From NCBI RefSeq assembly GCF_009914755.1, contig NC_060933.1: a stretch of DNA of 64,000 bases. One strand, given 5' to 3'. The position numbers and the translations under genes are program-made. The DNA is from the human T2T-CHM13v2.0 reference genome, Homo sapiens. The stretch's first letter is position 1. Each line of letters starts with the position of its first letter. The notes under the pieces are model-generated. The model saw only the letters and a program-made list of their open reading frames with translations, was not told where the DNA came from and did not search any database. Shown one piece after another: positions 52,791 to 64,000 of this stretch.

Positions 52791-53863
52791 GAAGGGCACG
52801 GAGCAGACCTCTCACTTTTCCATTTTATCTCCCTGTGGGGCTGGAAGCATCTCAAAATAAAAAGCAAAAAACAAATAAACAACAACATCCAAATGTTGTG
52901 ACTTCAATTGCCTTGGTATTCCCCACGTTGCCCAGCAGGGCCCTGGGTTCCCTGTCAGCCTTTAACAACACTGGTCAGCTGGTATCCCACAGCCCTTTTC
53001 CTTCCTGGAACCTTCAGGAAAGGGAAAGAACATTCCTGCTGTCACTGGGCTTTGCCAAGCAGAGATGTCTTCTAGTCTGTGGGAAGATTTCTCCTGAAAC
53101 TCAGGGAGTGTTCAAGGCTCAGAGTTCACTGGCAGGCAGAGAGGAAATCATCTTCACCTGACCAGAGTTAGGGCTGTGCTAAGCAGTGGCTATCACACTC
53201 AGAAAATGCATTTGCAAAGTAGGGAACTGGTGACGTGTCACTTGTGAGATAGGCCATCTTCCTCTGTATTGGATAAACCATAGCTAAATTTAACAGCAGA
53301 GGAAGTGCCATTTCCAAAGACCTCATTCAGCCAGAATCCAGGAGAAACGCCACACACATTCTCCCAAAGCCCAGACTCCGTACCCCAGGGACCCTCCCTC
53401 TCCTGAGTGTGACGTTGCAACCTCAGGGACACTCCCTCTGGCTTCCTCCCACATCCCACTGCCTGACAGAACGTACAACATGGAATAGATCTGTCACCAA
53501 GGGCACATACCTGTGGTCACATAAACACATAAACACTTTCACTAGCAGCCACGTTCTCAAGCGCTGGCTCTGACAGGCAGCCACCAGGCAGCCAGGGGAG
53601 ACACCAATGAAAATCCACTGTGGCGCTGCCTCCACTGTCCACTCCAGCAGGAAAGGGGTTCCAGATGTGTCCTCTGCTGAACCTGTAACAAAGTCAGACT
53701 GTCATAAATCGGACCCCAAGCACAGGTCGCCTGCCTTCACAATCTCTCTGGACACTGTAAAAAGGCTCTGCATGGCTATGTACAGTTTCAGCACAAAGGT
53801 GACAATTTATTTTGAGTTTACAGGTCCTGTTTTCGTTTTGTTGCTTGGAAATAACGTTGCCTC

Positions 53864-53907
53864 TGTGTGTGTGTGTGTGCATGCACATGCATGTGCATGC
53901 ATACATA
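53864..53907. repeat. Alternating purine-pyrimidine tract with 24-bp perfect palindrome
   Basis: TGCATGCACATGCATGTGCATGCA (53878-53901) is its own reverse complement. Confidence 0.95.
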
Positions 53908-54107
53908 AAGGGACAGGGTAACAAAAGACATAAGGGAATAGAACAGGTAATTTTGTTTTTGTTACAGAAAGGTTTCTGGTATTTTGGACAAACTATAATG
54001 ATAATGGCATCCTACATCAACCCAGGAAATTCAGTAAACGTCAAAGACCAATATCCTATCCTTATTTAATCTTTATTGTAAGTAAATATCTCAGAAATGT
54101 GAGAACA

Positions 54108-54453
<346 letters not shown>

Positions 54454-55315
54454 TTACTCAATATTGTTTTAGATTTATATTAATAAGTATTCAACTGGAA
54501 TAGCTTTAATTCTAAATTTCCAAGTTTTATGAGTTTTTAACCTTTGAAATCTCTATACTTTGATAGCTTTATCTCTCCTTTGTTCACTGGGATAATGGCT
54601 TAAAAATCTCACTTGAAAGTAGAATTTAAATGGTAAAATATCATGACAACCTGAGAAAGGAAAACAATAAATAATGTCTGGAATTCTCCATAAATACGCA
54701 GCTTTAGCTGGGGGCTCTGAACCTAAACATCTCTGCTCAGAATTGATCATTCTCCAGAATTATTGCAAAGTAAGCAGAAGGCTTTAAATCAGTCCCTCCA
54801 CCGAGCAGCAGTTGAGGAGCCCCTAGATCCTGAGAGAGGTTACCCTGGTCATTTACAATCTCTTCAGAGCCACTGAAGAATATAAGAAGAGTCATTCTCG
54901 GCTGAGTGATCTTGAGGAGGATACTTAACCCTCAGGTCCTCAGTTACTTCCTTTGTAAAGTGGAAGATTAGACCAGACCCTTACAGCTCAGATTTTCAGT
55001 TTAATTTTTAAAGACCTAAGCCAGATTAAAATTCATCACTCAATTTGTAGGCTTTGGGGTCTCTACACTAGTTTATAATCCTAAAGACATTGACACCTTC
55101 TGTAGGATCAGGCCATTTGCCCTGTGCCACCGGCTTGTAATACCTACCCCAGTGCCTCAAAGGGGATACTCAAAAGAAAAAGATCCTTATATTCTGGGAG
55201 AGTGAGATGCACCAACTAAAATAGGGAGTATGAGCTGTTCCAGACATTTCCACTCACCTTCTGCCTGCCAGTGTTGTCTACCAAGAATTCCCCATAATTC
55301 AACTGCAAAAGGCAT

Positions 55316-55730
55316 TGTCTTAGTCCAGTTTGCATTGCTATATAGGAATATCTCAGACTGGGTAATTTATAAAGAAAAGAAACATTTGGATCACAGTTCT
55401 GCAGCCCGTACAAGAAGCATGGCACCAGCATCTACTTCTGGTGAAGCCTCAGGAAGCTTACAGTCATGGTGGAAAATGAAGAGGCAGCAGGCTTACATGG
55501 CAAATGAAGGGTAAGAGAGAGAGAGAATGAGGTGCCAGGCTCTTTCAAACAACCAGTTCTCACATGAGCTAATAGAGCAAAAACTTACTCATTACCATGA
55601 GGATAGCACCAAGACATTCATTAGCGAATTGCCCCCATGATCCAAACACCTCCTGCTAGGCCCACCTCCAGTGGTAGAGGTCACATTTCAACATGAGATT
55701 TGGAGGGGGCAAAACATCCAAACCATATCA
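55316..55730 (-). mobile_element. MST solo LTR
   Basis: TGTCTTAGTCC ... CATCCAAACCATATCA; TSD GGCAT/AGCAT. Confidence 0.93.
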
Positions 55731-55999
55731 AGCATCCGTGTTCCCTTTGGTCAGAGAAGAGAGATTTGCTCACAGTTGTTAATTGTATGTTTTACTCTAG
55801 ACATAACGTTTCTCCCTAAAGACTGAACTTAATTTTAAGTTTGCTTGGTCCACCAGTAGATTTTCCTATGTGCTAGCCTTATCCTTTAAGCTTAGAGAAG
55901 AATTTCATCATTGCATTAAACATTGTGATCCAATTAATCTAAACAGTGAACATCAAATCATACTAAAAATGTACCCATTAGTCAAACATATGATCATTT

Positions 56000-56990
56000 C
56001 TTTTTAAAAACAATTGCTTTAATTACACAGTTAACTATGAGCTCATTTCTGATTGTAAGAAATTGAAGTAATGTAGATTCAAGTAAAGTCACTCTAAAAA
56101 TATTCCCTCCGGCCCCATTCTTTTACTAGGTATAATACCTGTAATGAATTTAGTGTGTATCCACTCAACCCTTTTTGTATGTATGATGAAAATACATAAA
56201 TAAAAAATTTGTGTCAAGTCTGTATTTTTACATAAGTAGAATAATCTTTTACTTTGTGAATGCTTTTAATTAACAAGAAGTCTTTAGATATTTCCATCAG
56301 TGTAGATATAGATTTCTTGCATTGAAATATTGTTGCATAATATTCCATAATATGGATTGTGAAAGTTTTAATTATTGCCCTACTAGTGGAAATTCAGAGG
56401 TTTTTGAAAAAAATTATTCTATAAAATACCACAGGGAACAGTTTTTTGCATGCCTTCTTGCACACATGTGGCTGTGTTTCTTTTGGGTAGATACCAAGAA
56501 GTGAGATTGTTGGCTCAAAGAATATGTGCAATTTTAAAAGGTTTGGCAAAATGCCCTACAAAAAAAGGCAAGAAAGAGTTAAACCCTGACCAGAAATTTA
56601 ATTTAGAGAAGAGAGTTACTTTTTTTCTATGCCCTTATCAATACGTAATGTTATTTAATTTTGGAGTATTTCCCAATCTAACAGATGGAAAATCAAAGCT
56701 CATCTTAATTTGCATTTCCTTGATTACTAGTGAAGTTGTGCATTTTTAAATACATTTATTTGTTATTTCCAGTTCATCTTCTGTGCGTTATCTATTCATA
56801 TCTTTTTTCCTGATAGACTTTTTCTTATCAAACTATAGACATTCTTCATATGTTGTTATATTCATCTTTTTCTACTACATATATTAAAACTAGTTTCTCC
56901 CAGTTTGATGACAGTTATTTGACTTTTTCTATGGGATCTTTAGCTAAAGAAGATTTTTCTTCTCTTCTTTAAATTTTCTGTATATGAAGC
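56000..56990 (-). mobile_element. Old L1ME-type remnant
   Basis: TTAATTTGCATTTCCTTGATTACTAGTGAAGTTG; GGGTAGATACCAAGAAGTGAGATTG. Confidence 0.75.
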
Positions 56991-57034
56991 TCCAGACGCA
57001 CAGATACATTTGCGTAAATCTTAGCCCATAGGTC

Positions 57035-57368
57035 CACTGGCCCTCCCTTATCTGTGGTTTCCTGTTCCAAGGTTTCACTTACTCTTGGCCAACCATGATC
57101 CAAAAATATGAAAACATTTTTAGAGAGAGAGAAAGAGACCACATTCACATAACTTTTATTACAGTCTCTTGTTAAAATTGTTCTATTTTATTATTAGTTA
57201 TTGTTGCTAATCTTTTACTGTGCCTAATTTATAAATTAAACTTTTTCCGAGGTGTGTATGTATAGGAAAAAACAGAGTACTGTATTTATAAGGTTCCATT
57301 CTATTGGAAGTTTCAGGTATCCATTGGGGGTCTTGGAACGTATCTCTCGCAGATAAGAAGGAACTATT
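57035..57368. mobile_element. Tigger2-derived MITE (MER8/MER28-like)
   Basis: GAGAGACCACATTCACATAACTTTTATTACAGT; CCATTGGGGGTCTTGGAACGTATC. Confidence 0.85.
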
Positions 57369-57746
57369 TTACTTTTTGAAGTTGAGCCCTTTTTAATTTG
57401 TCCTTTCTTTCATTTGTCTCAGTTCTTTCTCTTTTGCTGACTTTGGCTCACATTAGTCTCCTGCCCTCCCTACCTCCTCTCCAGCTATATGGAAAGTAAA
57501 AGGAAAACCACGGAAAAATTGAAAAAGTAAAAATGGAAAAACAAATACCAGGTAAATACTACCAACTCAGAGAAAGTTGTTACAGATATATTACTATCAG
57601 ACAACATCAAATTTAAATGTAAAGTATTATTAGGAATAATGGGGTCACCACATAATGATAACTGATTCAATTCACCAAAAAGGCATTCTAAACTTTATGC
57701 ACCCACTAACGAAGCCTTATAATACACAGAGCAAAATCTTACCAGA

Positions 57747-58164
57747 CTTATGGTTTGGATCTGTGTCTCACACCAACCCTCATGTTGAATAGTAGTCCCC
57801 AGCATTGGAGGTGGCACCTGGTGGGAGGTGACTGGATCATGGAGGCTGAGTTCTCATGAGTAGGTTAACAGTATCCCCTTGGTGCTATTATCATGATAGT
57901 GAGTGCATGAATTCTCATGAGATCTGGTTGTTTAAAAGTGTGTAGCGCCTCCCCTCTCTCTTGCTTCTGCCCCTGTCATGTAAGATGCCTGCTCCCACCT
58001 TGCCTTCCCTCCATGAGTAAAAAGCTCCCTGAGGCCTCCCCAGAAGCAGATGCTACCATGCTTCCTGTACAGCCTGCGAACTGTGAGCCAATTAAAGATC
58101 TTTCTTTATAAATTACCCAGTCTCAGGTATTTCTTTATAGCAAATGTGAGAACGAACTAATACA
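57747..58164 (+). mobile_element. MST solo LTR inserted in an L1 endonuclease remnant (~57500-57745)
   Basis: TATGGTTTGGATCTGTGTC ... AATTACCCAGTCTCAGGTATTTCTTTATAGCA ... AACTAATACA. Confidence 0.92.
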
Positions 58165-60985
58165 ACAGATTAAAAAGAAAAATTGCCTCCTCCAGAAAAT
58201 TGTCTTTTCTACTGTTTTCCTCACTACAGAGTTGATTTTCATAACACTAGCAAAATAGAGTGAGAATGAGATTTAAGATATGTGAGAAGAAGAACAGGTA
58301 CCTAAAAATATATTTTACTAATAAGATAAATTATATCCATTTTTCTTGAAAAACAATGTCAATCAAGAGGATCAAAAAAGATCATTTTGTTTATGAAAGA
58401 ATAAGAGAAATAAAAGTAGATTTAGAGGGAAGATGCTTGAAGGAAGTAAGAAACCAAACTTTCAAGGAAAATTCCTGAAGATTTTTTTGCTGGGTTTGGC
58501 AGTTTGTATGTGTTTTGCATTTTAATTACAAAGTAAAGTGTTTTCAACACTTGGTTAGGGAATCATTCATAATTGGGACCTTCCTGACCACAGTCAGCAA
58601 ACCTTCATTCACCTCCAGGAGGTTTGGCAAATCAGAACAGGGTCTATCTGCCAGGGCGCTGTGGTCCTCGTCAAATACAGCAGCCTCACTATTGGCACAG
58701 TGGCACACTTTTGCTTAAGAGGTGGCCTCAGCTACCAGAGGCTGAGACTAAAATATCTCTCAGGCTGGTGGGAAAGCGGGTAAGTTCATAGCACAGACAC
58801 TGGCCTGTGTGGAAAGTGTTCACTTGGAGCAAGTCTGCATGAGGCTTGTGGAAAGAAGAGAAGTTTATGTGATCCCACATCACAAGCAGAAAAACTGCTG
58901 TTAAACATTCAGCTAGTGACTCTCATACCTTTCCCACTGTGAAATGTGGGGGCAAAAGTATATATGCCGCTGAAGATTACTCTGCACAAAGATTTATGCA
59001 AAAGAGAAAGGAATATATGTATTTAAAATAAAAAGAACCAAGAGCTTGTTTGCAAATGCTTTTACCAATAAGTGTTAGTCATGTACAAAAGTATAGTTTT
59101 CAAAATAAAATATTTTTACCACTGACACCTCTATCCCCCGAAATGTGGGTGCTAATAACTCCTTATTATATTGTTTCTCACTCTACTGTTATTGATGAGT
59201 AAAGTTTCATAAACCAGAAATATAGGAAAAGTCAGTAAAAATTGGAGAAAGGAGAGAAATATGTAAGTACATGAAGATCACCAGGCTGCAAGTTGGAGAC
59301 TTTCATCCTCAAGAGCTTTTAGGTGACACATAACACATCTTTAGAAGGCCATAGTCAGACAAATTGTTAGGCATATCATACAGATCTTTAGTAAGGGTCA
59401 CCTTTCCAGAACCTTTTAGAGAGCTTCTAATCTTCCTTAATGCTTTGAGTTCACTTGCTGATTCCCATTAAGACATCTCAGAATCTTTGCTGGCGAGAGT
59501 TTCAGCATATAATATCATGAAGAACCAAGAAATAGACTTTGAAAAGAAAAACCTGCACTCTGGAAAATCATTATTTGGTATAAGGAAGAGTGTGGTGAAA
59601 TGAGGGCCAGGGCATTTGGCTGTTAACCCCGGCCGCTTCCAGGGTTGGGACTTCTGGTATTTCCTGGGCCTTAGCGGGCCTCTGCTGCACTGTCAGAATA
59701 ATGAGGCTTCTGTTCCAAATTTGAAACACTATGAGTCTCATCAGCCTCATCCTTGCCTCCTGCCATCTTCTCTTGAAGGTTGGGGTCAATGACTTCAGAG
59801 AAGATTGGTCCTTGTCTCTAGGCAAGGGCAATTTAAATATCCCCAAACTTAGGTTGCCCTCGCTGCTATGTACTTCTGGTTTTTGAATCCAGCTCTGGAA
59901 ATCACTTCTTTGTTTTGTTCCTGAGACTTGGCTCCTCCCTCGAGCCTTGTTCTGGAAACTGAATCCCTACCTCCTTCTAAGCTGAATTGCATTTCCCTCA
60001 ACATGCCCCCATAACGTTCTGTGCTTATCCCCATCACAGGGCTCATAAACAAACACATGCATAAATAAATGGAAAATTTAATGATGTATGGCAAATGACA
60101 TAGTAAATACACAAATAATAAACACTAGGAACCCCACAGAGATATCGTGATGATGTGCTTTACAAGGCTTATTTCAAAAATGGTCAGTTTGTGACAAAAT
60201 AGGTATAGAGTTAAGGAAAAGAACACGGTCTAACAAATGGGCTAATAGAGGGGCCCCATCAAAGGATGGAGCAGCTCATGATGTGGCAACTCAGGCATGA
60301 TTAAAAGAGAGAAATGTTCCTGATCCTGATGGATCCATCCCGGGGTTCTCAAAATTCTCGAGCATTCTGTATTTGTTGTTTCTTCCCTGTTCCCTATGGC
60401 ACTTCCTATATCCCTGTATTTGCACATATTACAATGGTTTGTTGGGAAAAGGTAAATATATGCTCAAATATATACACAATTAATTAAACAAAAATGCCTG
60501 CAATGTGATTTTACAAATCATAGAAGATATTTGAAGCCAGGGTTACTCACATTTCTAAACCCTGGAATCAAGTTTTTTGGGAAAACATTACTAGAAAAGA
60601 GAATACAACTGGTAGAGAATACGTGGTGTAAAGCACACCAGAGCGCAGAAAACATGGGAATATTTAGATGAAAGTACCTATTTTCCCCCTCTATTTTGTC
60701 ATGTCTCATGATTTATTTATGATGTTTGGCTTAAGCAAGAGCTTTTGATGACAAAACCGTGATTTCTCTCTTAGACAAGTGTGTATGAATCTTTTTTTCA
60801 TTATCTCCCTCTAAAAGCATTATTAGACATTTTTTCTCTAATCATCCCCCAGTGAAATTATAATACCACAGATAGACTGCATATCAGTTTCTGTACTAGA
60901 TGTAAATATTTACACATAAAAGACTAATATTTTCTCACTCCCACTAGGGAACTAATTATTGCCCCCTTGCAGATGATACTGCTCC

Positions 60986-61406
60986 TGATATAGTTTGAAT
61001 ATTTGTCCCCGCCCAAATCTCGTATTGAAAGGTAATCCCTAGTGTTGACAATGGGGCCTGGTGGGAGGTGTTTGGATCACGGGGGCAGATCCCTCATGAA
61101 TGTCTTGGGCCACCCTCTTGGTGATAAGAGAGCTCTTGCTCTGAGTTCACACAAGATCTGGTCATTTAAGTGTGTAGCACCCTCCTCACTCTCTCACTCA
61201 CTCTTACTTTCCATGTGATGTGACTGCTCCCTCTACACCTTCCACCATGATTGTAAGCTTCCTGAGGACTCCCTAGAAGCTGAGCAGATGCCAGCACCAT
61301 GCTTCCTGTACAACCTGAAGAACTGTGAGCCAATTAAACCTCTCTTCTGTATAAATTACCCACTCTCAGGTATTTCTTTATGGCAATGCAAGAACAGACT
61401 AATACA
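60986..61406 (+). mobile_element. MSTB-like solo LTR
   Basis: TGATATAGTTTGAATATTTGTCCCC ... CAGACTAATACA. Confidence 0.93.
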
Positions 61407-62123
61407 GCCTCTTGAGAATGCATGTTTTATATCATGGTAAACAAAATGTCATATAAGCTGCTGAAGCATGAGAGATCATAGACACCAATGGGACCCACCC
61501 TTAATGGACAGTTACAGACCAGAAAAAAATACGGGAAGACAGAGGCCTGGCTTCTTGCATGTTCGCCCACTACGTGTATTTATTAAGGTTAAAATAAAGT
61601 AAATCACAAAATCTGAAGCATATCAGCCAAAGAAAATATCAAGTCAACAAAAAAAGTACAACAGAAAGAAAATAAAACTGATAATAGAGGATAGTCTCCT
61701 GAAAATTCTTGGAATCTTTTCTTGAGAGGGAGAAGATGGGGATAGGAAATGTAAAAGGAAAAATGGAGAAGGTGGAAAATGAAGTAAACACAGTGTCTTT
61801 GGAAGTTTTATTTACATCAGGATTTTCAGAAGTGGACTTTTATATATGGAAGTTGTTCCTTGCTCCCAGTCAAAGAAGATCCAGCCCCAGCGATGGAGTC
61901 CATTATGTGACCTGGGATCTGTAGGAATGGCATGGAGAGAAAGGAGCACCCCACAGGGAAGGAGCTGAGATTAGATGAGGAGCAAACACCGTGCATGCCC
62001 TCGACACAGCTGACTTAAAAGTGACACTGTCTTTGTATGTTTCATCTTTTAGAATACAGAAGACCAGAAGATAACAATGGCTCAAGGAAAAGTTACATTT
62101 TACTTGATCCTATTCAATAATAG

Positions 62124-62510
<387 letters not shown>

Positions 62511-63917
62511 TAAAGCCCAAGAGAAATTCAAGGTAGAATTATTGACAATGGTCCTGGGGTTGGACACTCTCTTCTACTAGTTCCTGCTTCTACTTAATGA
62601 CCTTTCCTTTTTCATCACTTTGCTGGCATAGCTCTACCCTCTGCCCCCTAAATGAGGCAGGTGGCAAGGCCAGTATCTTCCTTTTGACTCTGTGTGCTCT
62701 TCCTTGGCAAGACCCCGCGTCCTTGGTTCTTCAGCTATCTTCTCTAGACAGACTTCTCCCTAAACCATCCTTCTGGCCTGACATGTCTCCTGATCTCCAA
62801 ACTTAATTTCCAAATGCCTGCGGGATATTTTTAGATGGATTTCTTTCAACACCTTCAAATCAAGATAAACAAAACAAAGCTCACCATCATAAAACCTTCT
62901 AGCTTCCTTATTTCTGTTACATAAACTTCACAAAAGTTTATGATATGCACTCCTCTCTGTTGTCATCCACGTGCCCAGTTAGTGAAAGTGCTGTTCTATT
63001 CTGCCTCTGATGTCACTCACAGCTGTTTCCGTCACTGTCCTTCGGCTCTGAACCTCTCATCTGGACTATGGTATGGCAATTGCATTATTGTTGGTTTTCT
63101 CCAATCCCTCTCTCTTGGAATCATTCTATGTGCATTTTTTCAGAATAGTATTCTTAAGACTTACATTTTATCAGGCCACTCAACTAAAAAACTTAAAAAG
63201 TTTTCAATTTGTAACCATTCTGAGTCAACACTGTAGCTCCCTTTACTTTTCTTCCAAACTATCACCCCGCTAAGTTTCTACGATCCCTTATAATCTTACC
63301 CAAAGTGAATAATAATCACTCTCTCTCATACACACACTGACTTGTCATCAGTCCTATCAATCCTCCAATTCAGGATGAGTTTCAATTTTATCAACTTCAG
63401 AGAAATTTGAGAAAGTTATTTCATCACTGAATCTCCAGGGTGACTGATTTTGCTTCAGCTAGCCATAACAGCTGCATTCCGATGGAAAGCTGGATCCTGT
63501 TTGAAGCGGACTCAGGATAGAACCGCTGTGTTTGTGCTAATAGTTTTTCCGGGTGTTTCCCCAAGAGGACAGGTCGGGGGAACAGGGAATATGCACGTGG
63601 AAGCACATGTAGAAACATCTGCTCGTAGATGCCATCTGTTTACTCAGGGTGCCCGCAAGTTTACGCTTCCCAAGCCTTAAGTACTTGTGCAGTGACTGCT
63701 GTTTCACGTGCTGTTTCTTGTCACCACGAAGTAACAACAACAACAAACGACGATGACGGTAATGATAGTGCTGATGCTGCTTTGATATGATGATGGCCCA
63801 GCACATCTGCATAATTCTCTACAATTCGTAAATACGAGGAGTGACTGGCAGAAAGAAAAAATTAAATATGGGCAAAAGGAGGGCAGGGACACTCTAAAAT
63901 TAAAAATGACAAAACTA

Positions 63918-64000
63918 GGTTGGGCATGGTGGCTCACAACTGTAATCCCAACTACTCAGGAAGGGGGACTGAGGCAGGAGAAATGCTTGAACCCAGGAGG
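63918..64000 (+). mobile_element. Alu fragment, cut by window edge
   Basis: GGTTGGGCATGGTGGCTCAC...GAGGCAGGAGAAATGCTTGAACCCAGGAGG. Confidence 0.9.

Noticed and set aside
52485-52901. Overlapping antiparallel ORFs of 138 and 127 aa
   Set aside because: They lie in a degenerate L2 remnant, show no recognisable domain, and lengths like these occur by chance in 64 kb.
55316-61406. Three MST LTRs as possible ends of a full MaLR provirus
   Set aside because: One is inverted, each appears to have its own flanking duplication, and no MST internal sequence lies between them. They are independent solo LTRs.

Overview
This is primate, almost certainly human, non-coding genomic DNA, either a large intron or intergenic. 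The human call rests on a pristine AluYa5 at 37.2-37.5 kb. I can support no protein-coding exon, RNA gene, CpG island, NUMT or CRISPR-like array, and I cannot name the locus. A large fraction is interspersed repeat: about 14 Alu/FLAM copies, L1 fragments of several ages, MaLR/ERVL/ERV1 solo LTRs, MER DNA transposons, MIR and L2. All listed ORFs are repeat-derived or chance. I find no new multi-gene system. The most interesting signals are fossil DNA-repair and retrotransposition scars. (1) A ~400-bp chimeric templated insertion at 15.2-15.6 kb is built from two local donors (7.45-7.59 kb forward, 9.0-9.25 kb inverted) with microhomology junctions. (2) A 99-bp fold-back duplication truncates an L1 next to a pure (TA)30 tract at 11.0-11.46 kb. 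(3) An L1PA carries two tandem 3' ends inside a single TSD pair at 39.6-40.6 kb. There are also a few motif-dense candidate enhancers. Repeat subfamily names come from recalled consensus sequences, and boundaries of old repeats are approximate.
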